Below, one piece after another: positions 20,921-29,672 of a stretch of DNA of 64,000 bases. Under the pieces are notes generated by a model that was not told where the DNA came from, made no database searches, and was given only the letters and a program-made list of their open reading frames with translations. The translations under genes were made by a program, and so were the position numbers. The number at the start of each line of letters is the position of its first letter. Positions within the stretch are counted from its first letter, which is position 1. Source of the DNA: an uncultured Fidelibacterota bacterium (GTDB lineage Bacteria > Fidelibacterota > Marinisomatia > Marinisomatales > UBA1611). The DNA is taken from assembly GCA_913040915.1 (NCBI GenBank), contig CAJWHW010000002.1, positions 32,001 to 96,000 of the forward strand. The letters run 5' to 3'.

Positions 20921-22016
20921 GGATATATCCTTTTTGAACAAGTAGTTCTGCCATAAGAATGGCACCACCAGCGGCACCTCGAACTGTATTGTGCGACAAT
21001 CCAATAAATCGAATATTAAAAAACATATCCTCTGTTATTCGCCCAACTGTTACAGTCATGCCATTTCCCAAATCTCGATCTAATTTAGGTTGGGGACGAT
21101 CTATTTCATCCAAAACAATAATAGGAATTTTTGGGGCTGATGGGAAATGCATAGCTTGTGGTTCTCCTATAAATGAAGATAAAATTAATTTGAACTCATC
21201 TATAGTAGGGGCAATATCAACAAATCCAATATGTACTACAGCAGTATGTCCATCTATTACTGGTACACGTGTACATACTGCATTTATAGCTAATCCCTTG
21301 AATTGCTCAATACCGCTTTCCGTTACTTCACCAAATATTTTTAATGGTTCTTTTTCTGTCTTTTCTTCTTCTCCACCAATATAGGGTACAACATTATCTT
21401 TTAAATCTGGATTGGTTAATGCTTTATAGCCAGCACCTGACAATGCTTGAAGGGTGGTCACTTGTACGCGATCCACCGGAAACCCTGCTTGTTTTAATGC
21501 TTCTAAAACAATAATATATGATTGAATTGAACAATTAGGTTTAACTGCTACAAAACCAGAGTTTGGTAAATTTCGAATCATCTGTTGGATAGGAATCACC
21601 TCTGCATGATGAGGATTTATTTCAGGAATGATCATAGGTACATCACGGGTTTGACGATTAGCAGAACTAGTGGAAATAACAGCGTATCCTTTTTTTGCAT
21701 ACCCAAATTCAAAATCACGTGTATCCTGTTTTTTTTGTAAGTCTAACGCAGAAAATACACAGACTACATCCTCAGGTATTGATTCAAAATCATTCACATC
21801 CCGAACAATCAAGTTAGCAATTGAATCAGGAATCTGTGTATCTATAGCCCATTTCTCACTAGTTGCTTCCCTGTAAGTTTTTCCGGAAGAATGCTTGGAT
21901 GCAGCAACGTCTATAACGTCAAACCATGGGTGGTTTTCCAATAATTTTAAGAAGTTTTGACCGACCATTCCAGTAGCACCTAAAACACTTACTTTAATAT
22001 TTTTTTTTAGTAACAT
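20910..22016 (-). CDS. asd: Aspartate-semialdehyde dehydrogenase
   Basis: LGATGMVGQ, HPWF, PEINPHH, KPNCS (catalytic Cys), RVPVIDGH, HNTVRGAAG. Confidence 0.96.
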   Translation of the reverse strand: MLLKKNIKVSVLGATGMVGQNFLKLLENHPWFDVIDVAASKHSSGKTYREATSEKWAIDTQIPDSIANLIVRDVNDFESIPEDVVCVFSALDLQKKQDTRDFEFGYAKKGYAVISTSSANRQTRDVPMIIPEINPHHAEVIPIQQMIRNLPNSGFVAVKPNCSIQSYIIVLEALKQAGFPVDRVQVTTLQALSGAGYKALTNPDLKDNVVPYIGGEEEKTEKEPLKIFGEVTESGIEQFKGLAINAVCTRVPVIDGHTAVVHIGFVDIAPTIDEFKLILSSFIGEPQAMHFPSAPKIPIIVLDEIDRPQPKLDRDLGNGMTVTVGRITEDMFFNIRFIGLSHNTVRGAAGGAILMAELLVQKGYIHVQ

Positions 22017-24391
22017 TTTAAAATATCTCCTAATACACCAGCAGCAGTGACTTCAGCTCCGGCACCATGTCCTTTTATAACCATGGGGGTATCTTTATAT
22101 CTTTTAGTCGTAAACATAATAAAGTTTTCACGTCCATTTTGATGATAAAAAGGGTTTTTAATTCCCACTGCTTTCAATTTCACTGTTACATTTTGCCCAT
22201 CCCAGGTGGCAATATATCGTAACGCCTTATCCTCTCTAGAAGCTGAAATATACATGTTTAAAAATTGGTCATCATATTTGGATAATTGCTCTAAAAACTC
22301 ATCAATGGAAAATGCCGGATCCATATTTTCTGGAATTAAGCTTTGAATAGATACATCATCAAACTCTAATTGTGCACCAGTCTCTCGGGCCAAAATGAGA
22401 ATTTTTCTTCCCACATCCACACCATTCAAGTCATCTCTTGGGTCTGGTTCTGTGTACCCGTTTTCCTGTGCATATTTTACCAACTTACTAAATGCAATTG
22501 AACCATCAAATCGACTGAATAAATAGCTTAGCGTCCCAGACATAATTCCTTCAATTTTTTCAACTGTATCACCTGTTGCCAATAAAGTTTGTAATGTTTC
22601 AACAATAGGGAGACCTGCGCCAACATTTGTTTCATATTTAAATTGAGAACCGGCAGCATTTGAATTTTCACGAATTAAATCATAATAATTCTGATTCATG
22701 GAATTGGCCAGTTTGCTAGCAGATACAACAGAAATTCCTTTTTTTAAAATGTTTGCTATTTTTTTTGCGATTATAGGTGATGATGTTACATCCACAAATA
22801 CGGGGTTAAGAGACTGAGCTGCATAAGAAATAAATGATTCTAAATCGACTGTATCACCACTTGCTAATTCTTCTACATAATTTTGGGAATCTAATCCATT
22901 TGGATTAATAATCATTTTTTGACTATTTATTATACCGCATATATTTATGGAATTATTATCCTGAATTAACTTTATTAAATCTGAGCCAACCAACCCAACC
23001 CCAGCAATAAATACATTTATAATAGCATTGTTTGAAAAAATATATTGATGCAAAGATCGAATGGCTGATTTGACTTCATCATTTTTAATAATAAAGGATA
23101 TATTTCTTTCCGAAGATCCTTGAGCAATAGCAACCACATTCACATTTTTTTCTCCAAGAACGGAAAATAGTTTCCCGGAAATTCCAGGTGTATGGCGCAT
23201 CCCCTCGCCTACAACAGCAATGAGAGAAAGATCATTTTCAATATTAATAGTATCTATAAAATGGTTTTTCAGTTCAAACAAAAATTCTTTCTTCAAAAGT
23301 GATTCAGCTAGATCAACTTCTTTAGGTTGGATAGCAAAACAAATGGAATGCTCGCTAAACACTTGAGATACAAGAATAATATTTATTTTCTTTTTGGCTA
23401 GTGCATCAAATACACGTCCAATAACTCCAAAACGTCCCACCATACCGGCTCCTTGGAATCGGATTAAGGAAACATTATACAAAGATGAGATACCCACGGC
23501 AAAATGGTCATCCCTTGCACGGTCCTGTGTAATAGCCGTTCCTGGATTATCCGGTTCAAATGTATTTTTAATACGGATCGGAATAGATTTATATAAAGCA
23601 GGAATCATAGTGGGTGGGAAAATAACTTTTGCCCCGGCATGAGCCAATTCCATGGCTTCTTCATAAGTAATATGAGAAATGGTTTTTGCATCAAAAACCA
23701 CATTGGGATCGGCAGACAAAATACCGTTTACATCAGTCCAGATTTCTATTTCATTTACATCTAAAGCAGCGCCAAAAATGGATGCGGTATAGTCTGAACC
23801 GCTCCTTCCAAAAGTTGTTGTTTCTCCTAATTCAGTGGCACCAATGAATCCAGTAATTATCCTTGTTTTTGATTCATCTTTCCATTCATTACGAATATTA
23901 TTGTAAGATTTTTGATAATGAACAAATGCATTTCCGAAATGATCATCTGTTAAAATAACCTTTCGCGCATCCAAATATGTTGCATTTATTCCTTTTTCGA
24001 TACATACTTCCGTAATAATTATTGCAGATAATTGCTCACCAATACTTAGTGCTGCATCTTTTAATTGCAGTGTACATTTTTTCTTTTTGGCAATTGTACT
24101 TAATATAAGACATAATTCATTTTCTATTTCTTGGATAGTATTAAACAATAGTTCTTTTTCAAGATGAAGATCATGAATAGTTTTCCGATGCCTATCAAAA
24201 AACAATTGTAAATCATTATTATAATCAGCGTCCCGTTCTGCACATGAGATTAATTGAATGAGTTGATCCGTAATGCCACCAAACGCAGATACAACTACAC
24301 CACATGGATGTTCAGATGAAATAAGCTGCACCACTTGCTCAATTCGTTGGGACGTTTTTACGGATGATCCGCCAAATTTGAGAATTTTCAT
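22007..24391 (-). CDS. thrA: Bifunctional aspartokinase/homoserine dehydrogenase
   Basis: KFGGSSV, GRSGSDYTA, WTDVNG, two ACT domains, GVGLVG, YETNVGAGLP, GYTEPDPRDDL. Confidence 0.96.
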   Translation of the reverse strand: MKILKFGGSSVKTSQRIEQVVQLISSEHPCGVVVSAFGGITDQLIQLISCAERDADYNNDLQLFFDRHRKTIHDLHLEKELLFNTIQEIENELCLILSTIAKKKKCTLQLKDAALSIGEQLSAIIITEVCIEKGINATYLDARKVILTDDHFGNAFVHYQKSYNNIRNEWKDESKTRIITGFIGATELGETTTFGRSGSDYTASIFGAALDVNEIEIWTDVNGILSADPNVVFDAKTISHITYEEAMELAHAGAKVIFPPTMIPALYKSIPIRIKNTFEPDNPGTAITQDRARDDHFAVGISSLYNVSLIRFQGAGMVGRFGVIGRVFDALAKKKINIILVSQVFSEHSICFAIQPKEVDLAESLLKKEFLFELKNHFIDTINIENDLSLIAVVGEGMRHTPGISGKLFSVLGEKNVNVVAIAQGSSERNISFIIKNDEVKSAIRSLHQYIFSNNAIINVFIAGVGLVGSDLIKLIQDNNSINICGIINSQKMIINPNGLDSQNYVEELASGDTVDLESFISYAAQSLNPVFVDVTSSPIIAKKIANILKKGISVVSASKLANSMNQNYYDLIRENSNAAGSQFKYETNVGAGLPIVETLQTLLATGDTVEKIEGIMSGTLSYLFSRFDGSIAFSKLVKYAQENGYTEPDPRDDLNGVDVGRKILILARETGAQLEFDDVSIQSLIPENMDPAFSIDEFLEQLSKYDDQFLNMYISASREDKALRYIATWDGQNVTVKLKAVGIKNPFYHQNGRENFIMFTTKRYKDTPMVIKGHGAGAEVTAAGVLGDILKCY

Positions 24392-24465
24392 TTTAATACT
24401 AATTAAATAGGTTTATCGTTAGTCGAAATATTACGGTTAATAAAAGTTTTACATGCTAAAAAGTG

Positions 24466-24645
24466 CTAATTGGAAATCAAAATATTACCAAATTCCTTTA
24501 ATGAGAATAGGTTCACAGCATGATCCGCATTGTTGAATATATATGATGTTGAAGAAAAAATTCGGACTGCTCTAGCGTTTGTGCCTGCCATCGGTTCCTG
24601 CCTGGTATGGAACTGTAATTTATCAAAATGATTATTATTGCACAT
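24466..24645 (-). pseudogene. metY: 5' stub of O-acetylhomoserine sulfhydrylase (MetY family)
   Basis: Manual translation MCNNNHFDKLQFHTRQEPMAGTNARAVRIFSSTSYIFNNADHAVNLFSLKEFGNILISN* matches the MetY N-terminal pattern FETLQLHAGQEP..TGARAVPIYQTTSYVF..ADHAANLFALKEFGNIY; SD TAAGGA upstream; stops after 59 aa. Confidence 0.8.
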
Positions 24646-24786
24646 AGATATTTTTCCTTATTTTGTGTTATTTATTGGTTTGTTACTAATATTTATGAAT
24701 TAGTTATTCATAATAAATACAAAACGTAATTGATAGCTTGTTGGGATAATATGTTAGAGGGCAAGAGACATTACAGCAGTATCTGT

Positions 24787-24897
24787 CTTATCAGTCTTCT
24801 AAAAAACTCGAAGCAGGAATTAGCACCTTGAACCGCATTGTACGGAGATGGTTGCTAAGGTATCTTAGGGCCTGATCCCTCCACCTTTCTGGATAAA
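24787..24897 (-). ncRNA. SAM-I (S-box) riboswitch
   Basis: Minus strand reads UUAUCCAGAAAGGUGGAGGGAUCAGGCCCUAAGAUACCUUAGCAACC...AAGGUGCUAAUUCCUGC...GAUAAG: AUC/GAU P1, GAGGGA..GGCCC, GCAACC and GGUGCUAAUUCC hallmarks. Confidence 0.93.
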
Positions 24898-24940
24898 ATC
24901 CGGTACTGATCTGTCAAAAAGCATAAAAAACTTCTTTTAA

Positions 24941-24969
24941 ATGTTAAATATGAAAATAAAATAATGCAA
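24941..24969 (-). promoter_or_regulatory. Candidate sigma70 promoter upstream of the SAM-I riboswitch
   Basis: TTGCAT-17 bp-TAACAT on the minus strand. Confidence 0.5.
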
Positions 24970-25092
24970 GATAACATTAATATATTTAACTATACTCCAT
25001 CATTTTCTATAATTTTTTTATAAATAAAAGGAATATGATTTATATTTGAATGTTGCCCTTTATAAGAATTTGTTATAAACTTTTAGCCAATT

Positions 25093-25176
25093 ATGAACAT
25101 ACGACGACGCCATAACCATCATCTTAACACTTTGATTAATAACAATAATAATATGAGTGGGGGCGAAGCTTTGTAA
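25093..25176 (+). CDS. Asn-rich leader peptide MNIRRRHNHHLNTLINNNNNMSGGEAL
   Basis: Manually translated 27-aa ORF with 8 Asn (5 consecutive), directly before a terminator and asnB. Confidence 0.8.
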   Translation: MNIRRRHNHHLNTLINNNNNMSGGEAL

Positions 25177-25196
25177 CCATAAGGTTAAGCTTTAAT

Positions 25197-25236
25197 AAAA
25201 ACCTCCAGGGATTTTAATTCATGGGGGTTTTTTTTT
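25197..25236 (+). terminator. Attenuator terminator upstream of asnB
   Basis: AAAACCTCCA...TGGGGGTTTT stem running into a T9 tract, 23 nt before the asnB ATG. Confidence 0.85.
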
Positions 25237-25259
25237 ATATCAAATAAAAGGAAAAAATT

Positions 25260-26849
25260 ATGTGTGGCATATTTTTATATAAAGGTAGAAAACAAGATTG
25301 GAATTCATTGGAACCTGATATTAAACGGATTGGTTATCGCGGCCCAGATAATACACACCATGAAATGATTGGCAATGATATATTATTAGCTTTCCATCGA
25401 TTAGCTATCATGGGCACAAGTGAAATGGGCGATCAACCGATGAAACATCCCAATGATGCTTCGCTCACTCTGATCTGTAATGGTGAAATTTATAATTATA
25501 AAAATTTAGCTAAAAAATATAGCTTTAATTTGAAGACAGGCTCTGATTGTGAAATTATTTTATTCATGTTTAAACAATTTGGTATTCAAAGAACTGTAAA
25601 GGAATTAGATGGCGTTTTCATGTTCGTATTATATGAAGCAAATACTGGTCTACTTTTTGCTGGCCGGGATCCCATGGGTGTTCGTCCGGGGTTTATCGGT
25701 CGAAATGGAGATGAGATTATGATTGCATCAGAAGCAAAATCCATGGTGAATCATTCTTCAAGTATTATTCCATTTCCCCCAGGGCATTGGTGGTGTTCGA
25801 ACCTTTCAGATATATTCAATCCTTATTTTCTTTATAATAAAATCAAAATTCAAGAAAACACCGAAGAAGATATTTGTAATAAAATCCAGTTATTATTAAC
25901 AGCTGCAGTTAAGAAACGGCTTATGACAGAACGTGATATTGGGTGTTTATTATCTGGTGGTTTGGATTCGAGTTTAATTTGTGCTCTTGTGAATAAGTAT
26001 TATGAAGGACCAAAACTAAATACATTTTCTATTGGACTTGTAGGGAGCATTGACCTTGAATATGCACAAGATGTGTCCTCTCATTTGAAATCAAAACACC
26101 ACCAGATAGAAGTATCTCAAAATGAGTTTTTAGATGCAATTGAAACTGTGATTTATAATATTGAATCTTATGATACTACTACAGTCAGAGCCAGTGTAGG
26201 CAATTACCTCGTTTCAAAATATATTTCAGATAATTCTGATTGCAAGGTGATTTTTAACGGTGATGGCAGTGATGAGGTATGTTGTGGATATGTATATTTA
26301 AGGAATGCACCATCACCAGTTGATTTGCAAAAAGAAAATGAAAGGCTGGTTGAAGAGATTCATTATTTTGATGTGCTGCGCTCAGACCGCAGTATTAGTT
26401 CTAATGGTTTGGAAGCACGGACGCCTTTTTTGGATAAAACATTTGTGAAGTATTATTTATCAATTCCTGCGGAATTAAAGTTATTTGATGGGGCACAAAG
26501 ATTAGAAAAATATTTATTAAGAAAAGCTTTTGATGATCAGGGACTTTTACCAGATAAAGTTTTATGGCGTCGGAAATGTGCTTTTTCAGATGGTGTAAGT
26601 TCGCAGAATAATTCCTGGCATCATATTATCCAATCATTTGTAGACCAAAAAATTAGTGATGAAGAATTTCAGCGAGAAAGCACTAAGATCACACATTGCA
26701 CTCCTCAATTAAAAGAGAGTTATTACTATCGTAAAGTATTCAATAGCTTCTTTGAGAATCATGAGAATTTAATTCCTCATTTCTGGATGCCTAAGTGGTC
26801 CAATACGATAGACCCTTCAGCTAGAGAATTAAGTGGGTACAAAGAATAA
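25260..26849 (+). CDS. asnB: Asparagine synthetase B (glutamine-hydrolysing)
   Basis: N-terminal MCGI (Ntn Cys), RGPD, HRLAI, CNGEIYN, LLSGGLDSSL, GDGSDE, RTPFLD. Confidence 0.96.
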   Translation: MCGIFLYKGRKQDWNSLEPDIKRIGYRGPDNTHHEMIGNDILLAFHRLAIMGTSEMGDQPMKHPNDASLTLICNGEIYNYKNLAKKYSFNLKTGSDCEIILFMFKQFGIQRTVKELDGVFMFVLYEANTGLLFAGRDPMGVRPGFIGRNGDEIMIASEAKSMVNHSSSIIPFPPGHWWCSNLSDIFNPYFLYNKIKIQENTEEDICNKIQLLLTAAVKKRLMTERDIGCLLSGGLDSSLICALVNKYYEGPKLNTFSIGLVGSIDLEYAQDVSSHLKSKHHQIEVSQNEFLDAIETVIYNIESYDTTTVRASVGNYLVSKYISDNSDCKVIFNGDGSDEVCCGYVYLRNAPSPVDLQKENERLVEEIHYFDVLRSDRSISSNGLEARTPFLDKTFVKYYLSIPAELKLFDGAQRLEKYLLRKAFDDQGLLPDKVLWRRKCAFSDGVSSQNNSWHHIIQSFVDQKISDEEFQRESTKITHCTPQLKESYYYRKVFNSFFENHENLIPHFWMPKWSNTIDPSARELSGYKE

Positions 26850-27025
26850 ATTATTTAATTATATTAATAATAAAATAAAATATATTTATTATTTGTTAAA
26901 TTAAATTAAATGAATAATATTATAGACAGGAAATAATTAAAATAATGTACGATACTGCAATAAATAAAATTAGCATTACGGGGATGAAGCCAATTGGGCT
27001 TTGTGACCGCGAAATTCTATGCCAA

Positions 27026-27112
27026 ATGGTTACTATATTGCAATCCATTATTCGGTACCTAAGTATATCAATTTTGGTACTTATTATTACCTTCGCCGTT
27101 TTGATCGCCTAG
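27026..27112 (+). CDS. Ile/Leu/Val-rich leader peptide MVTILQSIIRYLSISILVLIITFAVLIA
   Basis: 16 of 28 codons are Ile, Leu or Val; upstream of the ilv-leu operon; in-frame ATGs also at 26945 and 26984; 3' end is one arm of a long hairpin. Confidence 0.7.
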   Translation: MVTILQSIIRYLSISILVLIITFAVLIA

Positions 27113-27255
27113 TTAAAACAAATACATTCAGGTGATTCAAACGGTGAAAAAACTCTCCCCGATTAATTAGTCCATCCCTGAAGTATCTAATCTGGCAATT
27201 CGAACTGGTAAAATAGTTTGCGTAGTATTTATTGTTGCGTTGAAAAAGGGACTTG

Positions 27256-27338
27256 ATGAGTTTAGATCAAATAAAGTAGGATTTGAACATGCGTCCCACA
27301 GAAGCCCTTTGCGGGCTGCGAGCACAGTATTAAAGTAG
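27256..27338 (+). pseudogene. ilvD: Degenerate 5' stub of dihydroxy-acid dehydratase
   Basis: SD AAAGGGA plus ATG 27256, then in a shifted frame RSNKVGFEHASHRSPLRAASTVLK*, resembling the IlvD N-terminus RSDxxKxGFERAPHRSLLRA. Confidence 0.6.
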
Positions 27339-27345
27339 TGGAGAC

Positions 27346-29073
27346 ATGAAAATGGAAAAACGAACTCTAACAGGAGCAGAAATTATTTGGGAATGTGTGA
27401 CTAAAGAAGATGTGGGTGTGGTTTTTGGATATCCAGGAGGTGCAATCCTACCGGCATATGATGCTTTGAATAATTATCGGGATAAAATTCACCATGTGTT
27501 AGTGCGCCATGAACAGGGCGCGACACATATGGCTGATGGGTATGCACGTGCTAGTGGAAATGTGGGGGTAGCTATAGCGACATCAGGACCAGGAGCAACC
27601 AATATGGTCACAGGTTTGGCTACTGCAAAATTAGATTCTGTCCCCATTGTATGTATTACAGGTCAAGTTCCCCGGACTGCCATTGGATCAGATGCGTTTC
27701 AAGAAGTAGATATTTATGGTACAGTTTTTCCGGTGACAAAACATAGTTATTTAGTTATGGATATAAAAGACTTGGCCCCAACTATTAAGGAAGCATTTGC
27801 AGTGGCACGTTCCGGTAGGCCTGGTCCGGTTCTGATTGATATCCCTAAAGATATCCAAACTGAAACAATAGAATTTATTTATCCCAGTGAGCCTGTGAGA
27901 TTGCCGGGAAATAATAAACTACAAATCTCCACTGAAAAACAAATTAACGATGCAATCAACTTAATAAATAATGCAAAAAAACCAGTTATTCTTGCAGGAC
28001 ATGGTATTCTTCTATCTGGCGCTTCTCGAGAAGTGATAAAATTGGCAGAAACTGCATCAATTCCCATTGGCTGGACTTTATTGGGTTCAGGAAGTGTCCC
28101 TGCCAGCCACCCACTGAATATGGGTATGATGGGCATGCATGGCGAATTTGCAGTGAATAATGCGATCCAAGATGCGGATCTATTAATTGCCTGTGGAATG
28201 CGTTTTGATGATCGTGTTACAGGTAATGTAAAAACCTATTCACCCAATTCAAAAAAAATTCACATTGAAATTGATCCATCAGAAATCAATAAGAATGTCC
28301 CTGCCGATGTAGGTATTGCCGGAGATCTACGAACTATTTTACTTCAACTTCTTCCGTTGGTAAAACAACGGAAAAATGAAGACTGGCTTAAAATAATTTC
28401 TTCTTGGCAATCTGAATCTATGGAAAGAGATATCATCAATGTCCAAACAGATACCCTCTACGGGGCCCAAGTGATTCGTGATATCTGGAAAGAGACCAGG
28501 GGTGATGCGCTTATTGTAACAGATGTAGGCCAGCACCAAATGCTTGAAGCACAGTATTATGCTCATGAAGAGCCCAACACATTATTAACCTCTGGTGGTT
28601 TGGGGACGATGGGTTTCAGTTTACCGGCGGCAATAGGTGCTAGTTTCACAAATAGAAATAAAGATATTTGGGTTATTGTCGGAGATGGTAGTATCCAGAT
28701 GACAATTACTGAATTGGCTACTGCAGTACAAGAGAATGCTAATATAAAAATTGCCATAATTAATAATGGTTACTTGGGCATGGTTCGTCAGTGGCAGCAG
28801 CTATTTTATGATGCCCGTTATGCTGAAACACCCATTAGTAGCCCCGATTATTTAAAGATTTCAGAGGCGTATGGTCTGCCAGGCCATAGGGTACAAACCC
28901 GTGCTGAGATTCCTAATGTAATTAATATGGCAAAAAAAAATGAAGGCCCCGTCCTTATAGAGTTTGTAGTGGAGCAACATGATATGGTTTATCCTATGGT
29001 GCCAGCTGGCGCTGATTTGAATGCTATGATCAACAGGCCGAAAAATAAGCAATTTCAAGAAATAGAAGAATAA
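27346..29073 (+). CDS. ilvB: Acetolactate synthase large subunit
   Basis: FGYPGGAILP, RHEQGA, TSGPGATN, RFDDRVTG, TDVGQHQM, GDGS TPP motif. Confidence 0.97.
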   Translation: MKMEKRTLTGAEIIWECVTKEDVGVVFGYPGGAILPAYDALNNYRDKIHHVLVRHEQGATHMADGYARASGNVGVAIATSGPGATNMVTGLATAKLDSVPIVCITGQVPRTAIGSDAFQEVDIYGTVFPVTKHSYLVMDIKDLAPTIKEAFAVARSGRPGPVLIDIPKDIQTETIEFIYPSEPVRLPGNNKLQISTEKQINDAINLINNAKKPVILAGHGILLSGASREVIKLAETASIPIGWTLLGSGSVPASHPLNMGMMGMHGEFAVNNAIQDADLLIACGMRFDDRVTGNVKTYSPNSKKIHIEIDPSEINKNVPADVGIAGDLRTILLQLLPLVKQRKNEDWLKIISSWQSESMERDIINVQTDTLYGAQVIRDIWKETRGDALIVTDVGQHQMLEAQYYAHEEPNTLLTSGGLGTMGFSLPAAIGASFTNRNKDIWVIVGDGSIQMTITELATAVQENANIKIAIINNGYLGMVRQWQQLFYDARYAETPISSPDYLKISEAYGLPGHRVQTRAEIPNVINMAKKNEGPVLIEFVVEQHDMVYPMVPAGADLNAMINRPKNKQFQEIEE

Positions 29074-29088
29074 AGGAATTAATAAGTA

Positions 29089-29640
29089 ATGAAGCAAACC
29101 TTAATCGTATTTGTTCAGGATGAGCCTGGCGTATTAAATAGGATCTCCAGTCATATCCGACGGCGAAACTTTAATATTGAAAGTCTGGTGGCAGGCCGGA
29201 CCGAAAAGAAAGGTATTACCAGAATGACCGTTGTGTTAAATGAACCTGACCAAACCAAACAACGGATTGTAGTCAATAGTTTAAAACAACTTATTGATGT
29301 ATATGATGTAATTGATGCGACCAAAATTGAAAGCCATATACGAGAATATGCATTGGTTAAAGTTGCCATAAAGAAAAATGATTTGGCAGATGTGGAAAAA
29401 GTAGTTAAAAGTATTCATGGTAATATTATTGAAAGTAGTGATGATGCTACCATCTTTGAATTGACGGGTTATGAAGAAGAAGTAGAATTAGCAATTTCGC
29501 AACTTGAGCGATATAACGTATTAGAAATTGTTCGTTCAGGGAAAGTAGCCATGGCTTCCGGTAATTACGCGGAAAATCAGCCTGAGTTAAACAAGACAGA
29601 ACCAAATTGGTCAACCCGTAGAATTCTGGAATCCTTTTAA
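29089..29640 (+). CDS. ilvN: Acetolactate synthase small subunit
   Basis: DEPGVLNRI, RRNFNIESL, REYALVKV, EIVRSG. Confidence 0.95.
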   Translation: MKQTLIVFVQDEPGVLNRISSHIRRRNFNIESLVAGRTEKKGITRMTVVLNEPDQTKQRIVVNSLKQLIDVYDVIDATKIESHIREYALVKVAIKKNDLADVEKVVKSIHGNIIESSDDATIFELTGYEEEVELAISQLERYNVLEIVRSGKVAMASGNYAENQPELNKTEPNWSTRRILESF

Positions 29641-29672
29641 CAAAAGCTTTGAATTAAATCTTTGGAGACAAA

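Noticed and set aside
24392..24465. Possible Thr/Ile leader peptide or T-box before thrA
   Set aside because: No Thr-rich ORF, T-box motif or terminator seen.
27303..27317. AGCCC-TTTGC-GGGCT hairpin as the ilv attenuator terminator
   Set aside because: Only a 5-bp stem, no U-tract, and it lies inside the ilvD remnant.
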